Part shown: positions 1 through 7,528 of the stretch, piece by piece
How the letters are laid out: each line of letters starts with the position of its first letter
How positions within the stretch are numbered: position 1 is the first letter of the stretch
IMG/VR virus record: IMGVR_UViG_3300025525_000001
Reading direction: 5' to 3' (one strand)
DNA length: 46,349 nt
Origin: a virus
The notes under the pieces: generated by a model
What the model was told of the DNA's origin: nothing
Seen by the model: only the letters and a program-made list of their open reading frames with translations
The model's database searches: none
Translations under genes and position numbers: made by a program

Positions 1-125
1 GCGAGAACATCGGACAGGTTGGGTGGGAGGCCACGCGCGGCGTTTACCTGACGATGGTCAACTGCCGAAACCGGAAGACGGCGGGAACGTCAGGCATTGC
101 CATTGGCTTGTCGCAGTCCGTTCAG
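1..125. repeat. Terminal direct repeat, left copy (identical to 46225..46349)
   Basis: Bases 1-125 (gcgagaacatcggacagg...tcgcagtccgttcag) recur base-for-base at 46225-46349. The unique length is therefore 46,224 bp. Confidence 0.95.
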
Positions 126-767
126 ACCGTCGAGATCAGGGGCGGGAGCTACGAGCTTTCGGGAGGGGCAACCGTCACGGATTCGGCCTTGATCTCCGTG
201 TCACTCGTAACCGCCGGTCCCGGCCTGATTTCCGCCGGCCTGACGAAGACATGGACCACGCAGGGCGTGACGTTCAAGGGCCGGGGCGTCGTCAGCTTCG
301 GCGCACCGAATAGCCATACCTATATGAAGAACGACCGGTTCATCGGCGAGACATTCGTGGCCGAGGTCGCGGGAACGAAGGTCGAGCTTGATGACGAGGA
401 TTACGCCACGCCAGCGGAGGCCTGTGTTTACTTCCCTGCCGGCGCTGATGTCTTGGCCACAAACTGTCGGGCGCAACTCCCCGCGACGACGTTCAGCGGC
501 TCGTCCATGTTTAGCGTGGTCGGTGTTCCGACGCGCCTCCGCTTCCACAACTGCGACTCCAGCGGCCTCCCGACGCTTGTCAGGTGCCTTGAGGCGACGG
601 CCCCGGTTGTGGTGGATGAGATCATCGGCGGCAAGTTCGGGTTCGGCGTCAATGGCGGCTCTAACGTCACAGCCAAGAACATCATGAATACCGTCCGCAC
701 GGCTGATCTGGTCGTCAACGGCGCGGTCTTGACCACGGGCGCCAACAACAACGTCCTTACGACGTGA
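1..767 (+). CDS. Tailspike/tail fibre, C-terminal part (continuation of 44343..46349 across the junction)
   Basis: ORF 54..767 is in the same frame (position p = p+46224) as the frame that reaches 46349 without a stop. Stop is TGA at 765-767. The combined gene is 2,649 nt (882 aa). Confidence 0.85.
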   Translation, partial: ENIGQVGWEATRGVYLTMVNCRNRKTAGTSGIAIGLSQSVQTVEIRGGSYELSGGATVTDSALISVSLVTAGPGLISAGLTKTWTTQGVTFKGRGVVSFGAPNSHTYMKNDRFIGETFVAEVAGTKVELDDEDYATPAEACVYFPAGADVLATNCRAQLPATTFSGSSMFSVVGVPTRLRFHNCDSSGLPTLVRCLEATAPVVVDEIIGGKFGFGVNGGSNVTAKNIMNTVRTADLVVNGAVLTTGANNNVLTT

Positions 768-777
768 GGTTGATCCC

Positions 778-1110
778 ATGACACCGGAAGTACCAATGAC
801 CGTCGACATGTTGCCTTTGCTTTCCTTGGGTCTCGCCATTCTCGTGCAGACGGGCATCGTCGCCTTCTTCGGGGGGAAGATCAGTCAGCGTATGACCTCG
901 GCCGAAAAGCGTCTGGGCGACCAAGACACCAAGATCGAGAAGAAGATCGGCGACCAAACCGCCCTGCTCATCGCCGTCGCGGAGTTGGCGGCCGAGCAGA
1001 AGCACGCCAGCAAGGCGCTCGACAAGCTCGCCCGCGAGATGGAAGGCGCGCACCGGCAACTGGCCAACATCGCGACCGACCGGGTCGGTGTAGGAGGGGA
1101 ACTGCGATGA
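778..1110 (+). CDS. Membrane protein with one N-terminal TM helix and a coiled-coil tail (possible holin/antiholin partner)
   Basis: GAGG sits 8 nt upstream of the ATG. There is a hydrophobic stretch LPLLSLGLAILVQTGIVAFFGG followed by a charged helical tail. The gene lies directly upstream of the lysis genes and overlaps the next gene by 4 nt. Confidence 0.6.
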   Translation: MTPEVPMTVDMLPLLSLGLAILVQTGIVAFFGGKISQRMTSAEKRLGDQDTKIEKKIGDQTALLIAVAELAAEQKHASKALDKLAREMEGAHRQLANIATDRVGVGGELR

Positions 1111-1412
1111 ACCTCCCCGAACGCAACTACGAAACCCTGGACGCGATTGCTGTGATCTATTCGCTGACTATCGTCGCGGGGATCATCGTCGGCCTGTTCG
1201 CGGTCAAGGTCGACCCTGCCGTCGCGCCGATCATCTCCAGCTTGGGGACCGCCCTGCTTGCTATGCCGGGAATGTACGCCGCGTTCCGGTGGGGAAACAG
1301 CGTAGGGGCCAAACAGTCGAACGACGCTATGGCGCAGATGGCCGGCGCGGGCCCGCCGCCGCCTTCCGCACCGATGAGCGAAGAGCCGTTCGTCGAGGAG
1401 ACGAGACCATGA
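1107..1412 (+). CDS. Putative holin (two TM helices)
   Basis: Two hydrophobic helices (AVIYSLTIVAGIIVGLFAV and IISSLGTALLAMPGMYAAF) precede a polar C-terminus. The gene has an ATGA overlap with the endolysin gene. Confidence 0.6.
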   Translation: MNLPERNYETLDAIAVIYSLTIVAGIIVGLFAVKVDPAVAPIISSLGTALLAMPGMYAAFRWGNSVGAKQSNDAMAQMAGAGPPPPSAPMSEEPFVEETRP

Positions 1413-1999
1413 GCAAGGCATCCGATAACGAGGCGTTCGTCAAAGCCGTTCAGGCTTGGCTCGGCGTAACCGCCGACGGCTGGGCGGGCGGGCAGACGCT
1501 GGCCGCCTTCCTCGACAAGACCGGTCGCACCGTGCTGGCGCAGACGCCGGCCGCGGGCCCGGTCAACATCGACCCCAACGACGCGCTGCTCATCAAGGAG
1601 CTGGAGCGCGACGAGGGCCGGGTGCTCCACGCCTACCAAGACAGCCTCGGCTTCTGGACCATCGGCATCGGGCGGCTGATCGACAAGCGCAAGGGCGGCG
1701 GCATCTCCAACGAGGAGGCCGACTACCTGAAACGCAACGACATCGCCCGCTTCAAGGCCGAACTGGACAGGCTGATCCCTTGGTGGCGGTCGGCCAGTCC
1801 GGCTCGCCAGCGCGCGATCCAGAACCTGGCCTTCAACCTCGGTGCTGGCGGGCTGGTCCAAAAGTGGCCCAACACCGTCGCCCTGATGAAGGCAGGCAAG
1901 TGGCGCGAAGCCGCCGCGGCGATACGCGCCAACAAGGTGTGGGCCAACCAGGTGAAGTCGCGCGCCGAACGCATCGCCAAACAGATCGAGGAAGGCTGA
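1409..1999 (+). CDS. Endolysin, T4-lysozyme type (GH24) with N-terminal peptidoglycan-binding-like domain
   Basis: The internal ATG at 1409 is coupled (ATGA) to the upstream stop. DEGRVLHAYQDSLGFWTIGIGRL matches the T4 lysozyme E-x8-D-x5-T catalytic signature. The N-terminus contains AVQAWLGVTADGWAGGQTLAAF. Confidence 0.9.
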   Translation: MSKASDNEAFVKAVQAWLGVTADGWAGGQTLAAFLDKTGRTVLAQTPAAGPVNIDPNDALLIKELERDEGRVLHAYQDSLGFWTIGIGRLIDKRKGGGISNEEADYLKRNDIARFKAELDRLIPWWRSASPARQRAIQNLAFNLGAGGLVQKWPNTVALMKAGKWREAAAAIRANKVWANQVKSRAERIAKQIEEG

Positions 2000-2000
2000 T

Positions 2001-2315
2001 ATGAGAAACCCCCTCCCCTTGAAGACCTGGCTCATCCTCGCCGCCGTTGTTATCTTCTGCATCGCCCTTGCGGGCTGGTGCTCGGCGCGCAAGGAAGCCG
2101 GAACCGCCAAGGACCAGGCGACCATCGCCGACGGGCGCACGGCCTCGGCCGTGGAAACCCTCGACGTGATGGCGCGAAACGCCGACGAGAACAGCGCCGA
2201 GGCGGCGCAATTGGAGACCATCCAAAATGAAATCCGCAACGAGACTGATCCTGTTGCCCGCGATGCTCTTGCTCGTCGCCGGCTGTGCCAGCTCCAGGGT
2301 CACAGCGCCTGCTGA
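2001..2315 (+). CDS. i-spanin (Rz-like)
   Basis: There is an N-terminal TM helix (WLILAAVVIFCIALAGW) followed by a charged periplasmic region. The gene sits immediately after the endolysin and the o-spanin gene starts inside it. Confidence 0.75.
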   Translation: MRNPLPLKTWLILAAVVIFCIALAGWCSARKEAGTAKDQATIADGRTASAVETLDVMARNADENSAEAAQLETIQNEIRNETDPVARDALARRRLCQLQGHSAC

Positions 2316-2553
2316 AGGTTGCTCGGTTCTCGCCGCTCCGGTGCTGGAGCGCGAGACCCCACACGCAGCCCTCGGCGATAGCGGTGACGCGGCGCTGGAC
2401 TGGCAGCTCTACGGCACCGCCGAGACGGTGCAGCTAAACAGCGCCAACCGCGATAAAAGGGATGGGCTGAACATCATCCGCCTGTGCGAGGCCCGCGACC
2501 AACGAGCCTATCGCAGGATCAACGCCCCGTGGTTCGCCTTCTGGGCCCGCTGA
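2227..2553 (+). CDS. o-spanin (Rz1-like outer-membrane lipoprotein), overlapped architecture
   Basis: Signal peptide plus lipobox (MKSATRLILLPAMLLLVAGC|ASS). The gene starts in the +1 frame inside the i-spanin gene and extends beyond it. Confidence 0.8.
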   Translation: MKSATRLILLPAMLLLVAGCASSRVTAPAEGCSVLAAPVLERETPHAALGDSGDAALDWQLYGTAETVQLNSANRDKRDGLNIIRLCEARDQRAYRRINAPWFAFWAR

Positions 2554-2565
2554 AAGACCGAGCCT

Positions 2566-3132
2566 ATGACCACCAAAGTCCCCGAAAGTATGCTGGACGC
2601 TGGCGACCTGTTCGCCGTCGTCGTGCCGCTCGGCGGCTGCATCCCGTTCTTCGGAACCACGCCGCCCAACGCCGCGTGGCTTTTCCCGTTCGGGCAGGCG
2701 GTCAGCCGCACGACCTACGCGGCGCTGTTCGCGCTGCTCGGCACGACGCACGGCGTCGGCGACGGGTCGACCACCTTCAACCTGCCCGACGTCAGGGGCC
2801 GGGTCGCCGTCGGCCGGGATAACCTGGGCGGCACGCCCGCCAACCGGATCACCGGCGGCGTGTCGGGGGTCGAAGGGGAGACCCTCGGCGCGGTCGGCGG
2901 TAGCCAGTCCCTGCAACAGCACACTCACGCGATCACCGATCCGGGGCACAGCCACACGGGCGTGGTGCAGAAGTCCGGCACCAACGTGAACGGGGGCGGC
3001 CTGGAACAGGCGACCGAGGGCACGGCGACGGGATCGAGCACGACAGGGATCACGATCAGCAACGCGGGTTCGGGCAACAGCCAGAACGTCCAACCGTCCA
3101 TCATCGCCAACGTGCTCATGCGGGTGCTGTAA
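2566..3132 (+). CDS. Tail-collar-domain fibre protein
   Basis: GTTPPNAAWLFPFGQAVSRTTYAALFALLGTTHGVGDGSTTFNLPDVRGR is the classic phage tail-collar signature. It is followed by a His/Gly-rich segment (HTHAITDPGHSHTG). This is the last gene of the late block. Confidence 0.8.
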   Translation: MTTKVPESMLDAGDLFAVVVPLGGCIPFFGTTPPNAAWLFPFGQAVSRTTYAALFALLGTTHGVGDGSTTFNLPDVRGRVAVGRDNLGGTPANRITGGVSGVEGETLGAVGGSQSLQQHTHAITDPGHSHTGVVQKSGTNVNGGGLEQATEGTATGSSTTGITISNAGSGNSQNVQPSIIANVLMRVL

Positions 3133-3180
3133 AAAGCATCAGGGCCGCCGAGGAAAGGACAAGTAACCCCGGCGGCCCTG
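3131..3180. terminator. Bidirectional terminator hairpin between the convergent late and early blocks
   Basis: An 11-bp perfect stem, cagggccgccg (3140-3150) with cggcggccctg (3170-3180). On the minus strand it is followed by ATGCTTTTTA. On the plus strand it starts 8 nt after the stop of the last late gene. Confidence 0.7.
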
Positions 3181-3279
3181 GCTGTGCGACTGGCTCCGCT
3201 AAGGCCCAGCGCGCTCTCAAGGCCCGCGGGGGTGAAACCCGTAGGGCCGAGAAGGTCGTCACGATAGCACGGATCGCTG

Positions 3280-3528
3280 CTAGATCAAGTCCGCGCAGCC
3301 GCAGGCCTCGGCGTAGAGTTCGAGGATCGCCTTCTCCTCCTGCAGTTTGGCCTTGTCCTTCTCGCGAAGCATGACCAGCTTGTTGATGATCTTCGTGTCG
3401 AAGCCCTCGCCCTTGGCTTCGAGCCGGACTTCCTTCATGTCTTCGCGGACGGCCTTGGCGTCCTCGCGCAGGCGCTCAAGGCGCTCCACGAAACCGACGA
3501 CGCGGTTGTTGACCAGGTGCTCGGTCAT
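3280..3528 (-). CDS. gapR: GapR-like nucleoid-associated protein (DUF2312 family)
   Basis: VERLERLREDAKAVREDMKEVRLEAKGEGFDTKIINKLVMLREKDKAKLQEEKAILELY matches the DUF2312/GapR pattern (RiErLeeE..., EAK..GfD.k, Rk.d, E.ail.lY). It is 82 aa and has an ATGA overlap with the helicase gene. Confidence 0.8.
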   Translation of the reverse strand: MTEHLVNNRVVGFVERLERLREDAKAVREDMKEVRLEAKGEGFDTKIINKLVMLREKDKAKLQEEKAILELYAEACGCADLI

Positions 3529-4940
3529 GGTTGTCTCCTCATCGCGTCGAGCAGTACCTGCTGGACGCTTCGCTTGTTGGTGAGCCGGTCGAGTACGAGT
3601 TCATCCACGGTGCCGGCGGCCAGGATGTAGTGGACGTAGACGGGGCGATCCTTGCCCGCCTGCTGTTGGCGCATCGGCCCGATCCGTCCGATGATCTGGT
3701 CATGCTCTTCTAAGTTCCAGTTCAGTCCGAAGAAGGCGAGGATGTTGCAATGCTCCTGCAGTCCGTCGACCCCGTGTCCGAGGCTGGCGGGGTGGGCGAG
3801 CCAGACGCGGCCCTCGCCCGACTTCGCTCTTCGGAGGCCCGCAGCTGTGCTAAGGTCGATGGCGTTTGGAAAGGCGCGAAGTAGCCGAGCCAGGTCGTGT
3901 CGCCAGTGGTAGGCGACGAGGACAGGCGCGCCTGCGCTTTCCTCGACGACGCTCTCAAGGGCGTCGATTTTGACGGTATGTATTTCATGCCAGGCCTTCT
4001 CCTCTTCGTTGTCGTAGACCGCGCCGTTGGCGATCTGCAGGCACTTGCCCGAGCGCGCCGCGGCGTTGACCGCTTCGATGCCGACCGCCTTCAGCGCGGT
4101 CCACATCTTCTTCTCCATTTCCTGATAGTGCTGCCGCGCCTTGGGCGGCAGGTCGACATAGATGACGTTGAGCAGGGGCTCGGCCGTCGGCACGGTGGTG
4201 GTCAGACAGACGTCGGCCAGCGCCTTTTCGATCTGCTCCTGGGCGAAGGGCAGGGGCTCAAGGCTGAAGCCGTCGTAGCCCTTCTGGAACCACCGCTCCT
4301 TGAACGCCTCGAACGTGCGGCCCAGGCGCTGACCCGCGTCGATCATCCACTGTTGCCCCCACAAGTCGATCAGTCCGTTGGGTGAGGGGGTGCCGGTCAG
4401 GTTGACCCAGCGCGGCGTCTTGTGGGCGACGCGGCCTATGGCCTTGGCCCGGGCGCTGCCGCTGGACTGATAGTAGACCCGGCCGGTCTTCGGGTGCTTG
4501 CGGAACCCTCCCCGGAAGGACTTGAGGCGCGTGCTCTCGTCGGCGATCACCATCCCGAACGGCCAGTCGCCATCCAGCTTCTCGATCAGCCACGGCAGGT
4601 TGTCGTAGTTGATGGTGGCCAGGGGCGATCCTCCGCGTCGCACAGCGGCAAGAGCGGCCAGCCGGTCACTCGGCGTGCCGATGATGGTCTCGACGCTCCA
4701 CGGGCTGGAAAACGACCACTTCTGCGCTTCGTCCGACCAGGTGTCCCGGGCGACGCGCAGAGGGGCTATGACCAGGGCGGGCTTCGTCAGCTCGCCGGTC
4801 AGGTGCAGGATGTCCATGGCCGCAAGGATCGTGCCGGTCTTGCCGGTCCCCACACCCGCCCACTGGCCAGCCCGGGCCGTCTCGCAGACGTGCTCGATCA
4901 TGGCCGGTTGCCAGGGGCGGGGCAGGTAGGGGCGGCTCAA
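3525..4940 (-). CDS. SNF2/RAD54-family ATP-dependent helicase
   Basis: LPRPWQ, Walker A GVGTGKTG and a DExx box (VIADESTRLKS), with a C-terminal helicase domain. The start is TTG at 4940, overlapping the upstream stop (TTGA). Confidence 0.85.
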   Translation of the reverse strand: MSRPYLPRPWQPAMIEHVCETARAGQWAGVGTGKTGTILAAMDILHLTGELTKPALVIAPLRVARDTWSDEAQKWSFSSPWSVETIIGTPSDRLAALAAVRRGGSPLATINYDNLPWLIEKLDGDWPFGMVIADESTRLKSFRGGFRKHPKTGRVYYQSSGSARAKAIGRVAHKTPRWVNLTGTPSPNGLIDLWGQQWMIDAGQRLGRTFEAFKERWFQKGYDGFSLEPLPFAQEQIEKALADVCLTTTVPTAEPLLNVIYVDLPPKARQHYQEMEKKMWTALKAVGIEAVNAAARSGKCLQIANGAVYDNEEEKAWHEIHTVKIDALESVVEESAGAPVLVAYHWRHDLARLLRAFPNAIDLSTAAGLRRAKSGEGRVWLAHPASLGHGVDGLQEHCNILAFFGLNWNLEEHDQIIGRIGPMRQQQAGKDRPVYVHYILAAGTVDELVLDRLTNKRSVQQVLLDAMRRQP

Positions 4941-5215
4941 GTCAAATCCTCGAACCCGGCCAACGCCTCGTCGCGTAAACGCTTACGCGCACGCTGGGCG
5001 GCTCGGCCGGTCCCTTGGGCTTTAAGCGCGAGCAACCGTTCGTTCCGCGCTTTGCGGGCGGGGTCAGGCGTGCCCCGGTTTTCGATAGCGCAGATCGCGT
5101 GCTGCGTTCGCCAGCCGCCAGCGAACCGCTCGAAGTGGCCCTCGCCGGCTGCGACTGTTTTCTTGCACCTGTAGCAGGGGCCTGGGTAGCGGTTCCTCAT
5201 TTCTTGTTGCGCCAC
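4937..5215 (-). CDS. Hypothetical protein with CxxC Zn-finger-like N-terminus
   Basis: GPCYRCKKTV...HAIC. An alternative coupled start (ATGA) lies at 5200. Third-position GC looks coding-like. Confidence 0.6.
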   Translation of the reverse strand: MAQQEMRNRYPGPCYRCKKTVAAGEGHFERFAGGWRTQHAICAIENRGTPDPARKARNERLLALKAQGTGRAAQRARKRLRDEALAGFEDLT

Positions 5216-5400
5216 AGCGGGGTCTTCGGTTTCGGCCGGCGGCAGACGTGGAACCCGCCACAGGCCGGGCAGCGATAGGTGTCGACGCCCTTGCCGTGCC
5301 AGGCCATGTTGCGAGCGGCGCGGATCGCGGCGGCTCCGTTGGGGAACCGCTCCTTACCCAAGCAGCTGGCCCCCTCGGCGTTGGTCGCGGATCGGGTCAT
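5197..5400 (-). CDS. Hypothetical small Zn-ribbon-like protein
   Basis: The internal ATG at 5400 is coupled (ATGA) to the GcrA-like stop. It contains YRCPACGGFHVC and encodes 67 aa. Confidence 0.55.
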   Translation of the reverse strand: MTRSATNAEGASCLGKERFPNGAAAIRAARNMAWHGKGVDTYRCPACGGFHVCRRPKPKTPLWRNKK

Positions 5401-5690
5401 CGGCGTTGTTCCGTGAAGCGCATCGGCAAGGGCCGGGCGGGCATCTCCGAACGCGACCAGACGCCTTGGCCGTACTGGTTGGCCAGCGGGCCCGGTTCCT
5501 CGGCGCGGTACAGAGCGCCGATCACCGCATTGCGGGTCCGTCCCAGCTTGCGGCCGATGGCGGTCGAGCCCCACCCCTTGCGGCGCAACCGGATTGCCAA
5601 GGCCAGCTCGGCGGCGGCCCACGGTCGGGACCAGACGAGGTCGCCGCCGCGGACGCTGACCCGTTCTCGGATTTCGTGGTGGGGGTTCAT
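5397..5690 (-). CDS. gcrA: GcrA-like DNA-binding protein (N-terminal GcrA domain only)
   Basis: W..AAAELALAIRLRRKGWGSTAIGRKLGRTRNAVIGALYR matches the GcrA N-terminal signature (W.dE....L..LW..G.Sa.qIA..LG..TRNAVIGK.hR), including the exact TRNAVIG heptad. It is 97 aa, versus about 170 aa for cellular GcrA as I recall it. Confidence 0.7.
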   Translation of the reverse strand: MNPHHEIRERVSVRGGDLVWSRPWAAAELALAIRLRRKGWGSTAIGRKLGRTRNAVIGALYRAEEPGPLANQYGQGVWSRSEMPARPLPMRFTEQRR

Positions 5691-5935
5691 CAGCCGACAG
5701 CCTTCGGGATGTCGTTGCGGAACAGGACCGTGACCTGGGGATCGAACAGGCTGTCGGCCAGGTACTGGACCGCCGGCACGGTGGTGCCGCCGTGGCGCAG
5801 CAGACGGATGTAGCCGCTGCCCCAGGCCGCGAAGACGTCTTCGCCGCGGCGGAACAGGGCGGCCTGCTTGAACACCCCCTTCGAGCGGAGGATGATCTGC
5901 GCCTCGGGCAGGTCGTGGAACAGGTTGTCGGTCAT
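5690..5935 (-). CDS. Hypothetical protein
   Basis: 81-aa ORF whose stop overlaps the next start by 1 nt (TGATG). Codon usage looks coding-like. Confidence 0.6.
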   Translation of the reverse strand: MTDNLFHDLPEAQIILRSKGVFKQAALFRRGEDVFAAWGSGYIRLLRHGGTTVPAVQYLADSLFDPQVTVLFRNDIPKAVG

Positions 5936-6304
5936 TCAGCTTGTCCTTTCAGCGATATACTTGTCGACAGCGGCAATGCTGTCGAGGGTGAAGACCGAGC
6001 AGCCCATGCTGCGCAGCTTGTCGTGCTCGCGGACCTGATGGTCTTCGAGCTTTCCGCCGGGCGCTTTCAGCTCGACGAAGTGTATGACGGCGGTGCCGGG
6101 CATCTCGGCCGCGATCTTGCGGGTAACGGCGGCGGCATAGTCCCGGGCCGTCTGATCGGGGATGGCGGTCTCGAACCGGAACCCCGGCCAGATCACCAGC
6201 CGATCCGGTGCGCCGCGGTGGCCGGGCCAGGTCATCTTCCTGACCAGGCCGCCCTTGGCGATGACCTGTTTGCGGAGGTGGGCTTCGACTACGGTTTCAC
6301 GCAC
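5936..6304 (-). CDS. VRR-NUC domain nuclease (PD-(D/E)xK)
   Basis: EAHLRKQV..., GAPDRLVI and FVELKAPGGKL..HQ give the typical VRR-NUC E...PD...ExK arrangement. Confidence 0.75.
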   Translation of the reverse strand: MRETVVEAHLRKQVIAKGGLVRKMTWPGHRGAPDRLVIWPGFRFETAIPDQTARDYAAAVTRKIAAEMPGTAVIHFVELKAPGGKLEDHQVREHDKLRSMGCSVFTLDSIAAVDKYIAERTS

Positions 6305-6306
6305 GG

Positions 6307-6498
6307 TCAGAAACCCATGATGTCGACGGTCTGGCCGGTAAACACGCAGCCATCTCGCTCGTGCGGGCCACGATAGCCTTCCTCACCATCGTCGAGCCTG
6401 ATGCCAGACGGCGTGACGAAGTCCGTGCGCTCCTGCCCGTTGTAGCCGGTGACGCGCGCAGTCTGCGGGTAGGTTTTCAAGGGACTTATATAGTTCAC
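6307..6498 (-). CDS. Hypothetical protein
   Basis: 63-aa ORF with a GTG start overlapping the upstream stop (GTGA). Confidence 0.5.
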   Translation of the reverse strand: MNYISPLKTYPQTARVTGYNGQERTDFVTPSGIRLDDGEEGYRGPHERDGCVFTGQTVDIMGF

Positions 6499-7028
6499 TC
6501 CCCTTCATCCTTCTTCGCCTTCCGTTCCTCGCGTTCGATCTTCTTCGCGACCTTCGCGGCGGCCTCGCCTTTGCCCTTCGGACGGTAGGCCAGAACGTGC
6601 GTCGTGAAGGCGTCGAGGGCTTTCAAAATCTCGACCAGTCCAGACAGAACGGTCGGGTCATTGCCACAAGCCTCACGGAGGCGTTGGAGCATGAACCACG
6701 CCGACTTTTGGGTCACGCCGATCTGCTTCGCCAGTTGCATCGAAGAGATGCCCTTGCGGGACGTGACCAGCAGATACATGGCGTAGAGCCACTTATGGAG
6801 GGGAATGTGCGACCGCTCGAAGATGGTCGCCGTGCGGACGGTGAAGTCGCTCTTACAGGCGTTGCAACGGTAGAAGCCGCCCTTGCGGGTCGTGATGCGC
6901 CTCGCCTCGCTACAGGCCGGGCAGACGGCTCCCTCGGGCCAACGCTTGCCCTCCATGTAGGCCCGCGCCGCTTCTGCGTCAGGAAACATCTCGAAAAGCT
7001 GGAAGGTGGAGATTGTGGACTTGCTCAC
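6495..7028 (-). CDS. IS1595-type transposase N-terminal Zn-ribbon/HTH protein lacking the DDE domain
   Basis: FPDAEAARAYMEGKRWPEGAVCPACS...YRCNACKSDFTVRTATIFERSHIPLHKWLYAMYLLVTSRKGISSMQLAKQIGVTQKSAWFMLQRLREA is the canonical IS1595/ISXO2 N-terminus. Similarity stops at ...GLVEI, where the DDE domain (VEiDEtyiGG) would begin. The GTG start at 7028 is coupled (GTGA). Confidence 0.7.
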   Translation of the reverse strand: MSKSTISTFQLFEMFPDAEAARAYMEGKRWPEGAVCPACSEARRITTRKGGFYRCNACKSDFTVRTATIFERSHIPLHKWLYAMYLLVTSRKGISSMQLAKQIGVTQKSAWFMLQRLREACGNDPTVLSGLVEILKALDAFTTHVLAYRPKGKGEAAAKVAKKIEREERKAKKDEGE

Positions 7029-7525
7029 TGAACAACATCCTTCGCGTCCCACGCCTTGGCCTCGCCGCAAGTGATGCAGGCGGCTTCCTCGACATGGGAG
7101 AGCGCGCCGCAGACGCACCGCTCGTAGTCGGTGGGCGCGAGCATCGCGCGGCCTTCGTCAGTGATGCGATAAACGTGCGGCTCATTCGCCTGAACGAGAA
7201 GCCCACGGCATTTCAGGAAGTATTGCGGGGTGCTGTAGGCGATGATCCACGGGCGGCCCATGTCATCGTATTTGGCGACGCGCGAGCCTCGCCGATCCCC
7301 GGCCCCGAAGCCGACAGCCCCACTGGACGAGCGGGCCGCAGCGGTGAGTATGAGAACCTGCGTAGGGGTCAGGCCCTTGATCCGGGGCATACGCGCGAGG
7401 CGCGGAGCCCGTTCGCGAGCGTGAATCTCCTGGAAGTTCGCCGAGTGACAAGCGGCGTGCCAGTTGTCGCCGCGCCTCAGTTGACCAGCAATGATGGGTT
7501 GGTCACACCCGCGACAGGCCGTCAT
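7025..7525 (-). CDS. Putative DNA-binding protein (winged-helix core flanked by Cys clusters)
   Basis: N-terminal CRGCDQ...WHAACH, a central MarR-like pattern (LTPTQVLILTAAA...YRITDEGRAML) and C-terminal CVCG...CITCG. An AAGGA RBS lies upstream. Confidence 0.5.
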   Translation of the reverse strand: MTACRGCDQPIIAGQLRRGDNWHAACHSANFQEIHARERAPRLARMPRIKGLTPTQVLILTAAARSSSGAVGFGAGDRRGSRVAKYDDMGRPWIIAYSTPQYFLKCRGLLVQANEPHVYRITDEGRAMLAPTDYERCVCGALSHVEEAACITCGEAKAWDAKDVVQ

Positions 7526-7528
7526 GGT

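Noticed and set aside
3181-3279. tRNA or small RNA gene (or the GTG-initiated 26-codon ORF at 3184) in the convergent intergenic spacer.
   Set aside because: Only imperfect GC hairpins are present (for example ggcccgcggg...cccgtagggcc). I found no cloverleaf, no T-loop GTTCRANYC-like box and no anticodon arm. The short ORF has no RBS and an Arg/Pro-rich product. An sRNA cannot be excluded without covariance or expression data.
6495-7118. Active IS1595-family insertion sequence or mobile element.
   Set aside because: Only the N-terminal Zn-ribbon/HTH part is present. There is no DDE domain and I saw no terminal inverted repeats or target duplication. The gene is translationally coupled to both neighbours inside the operon.
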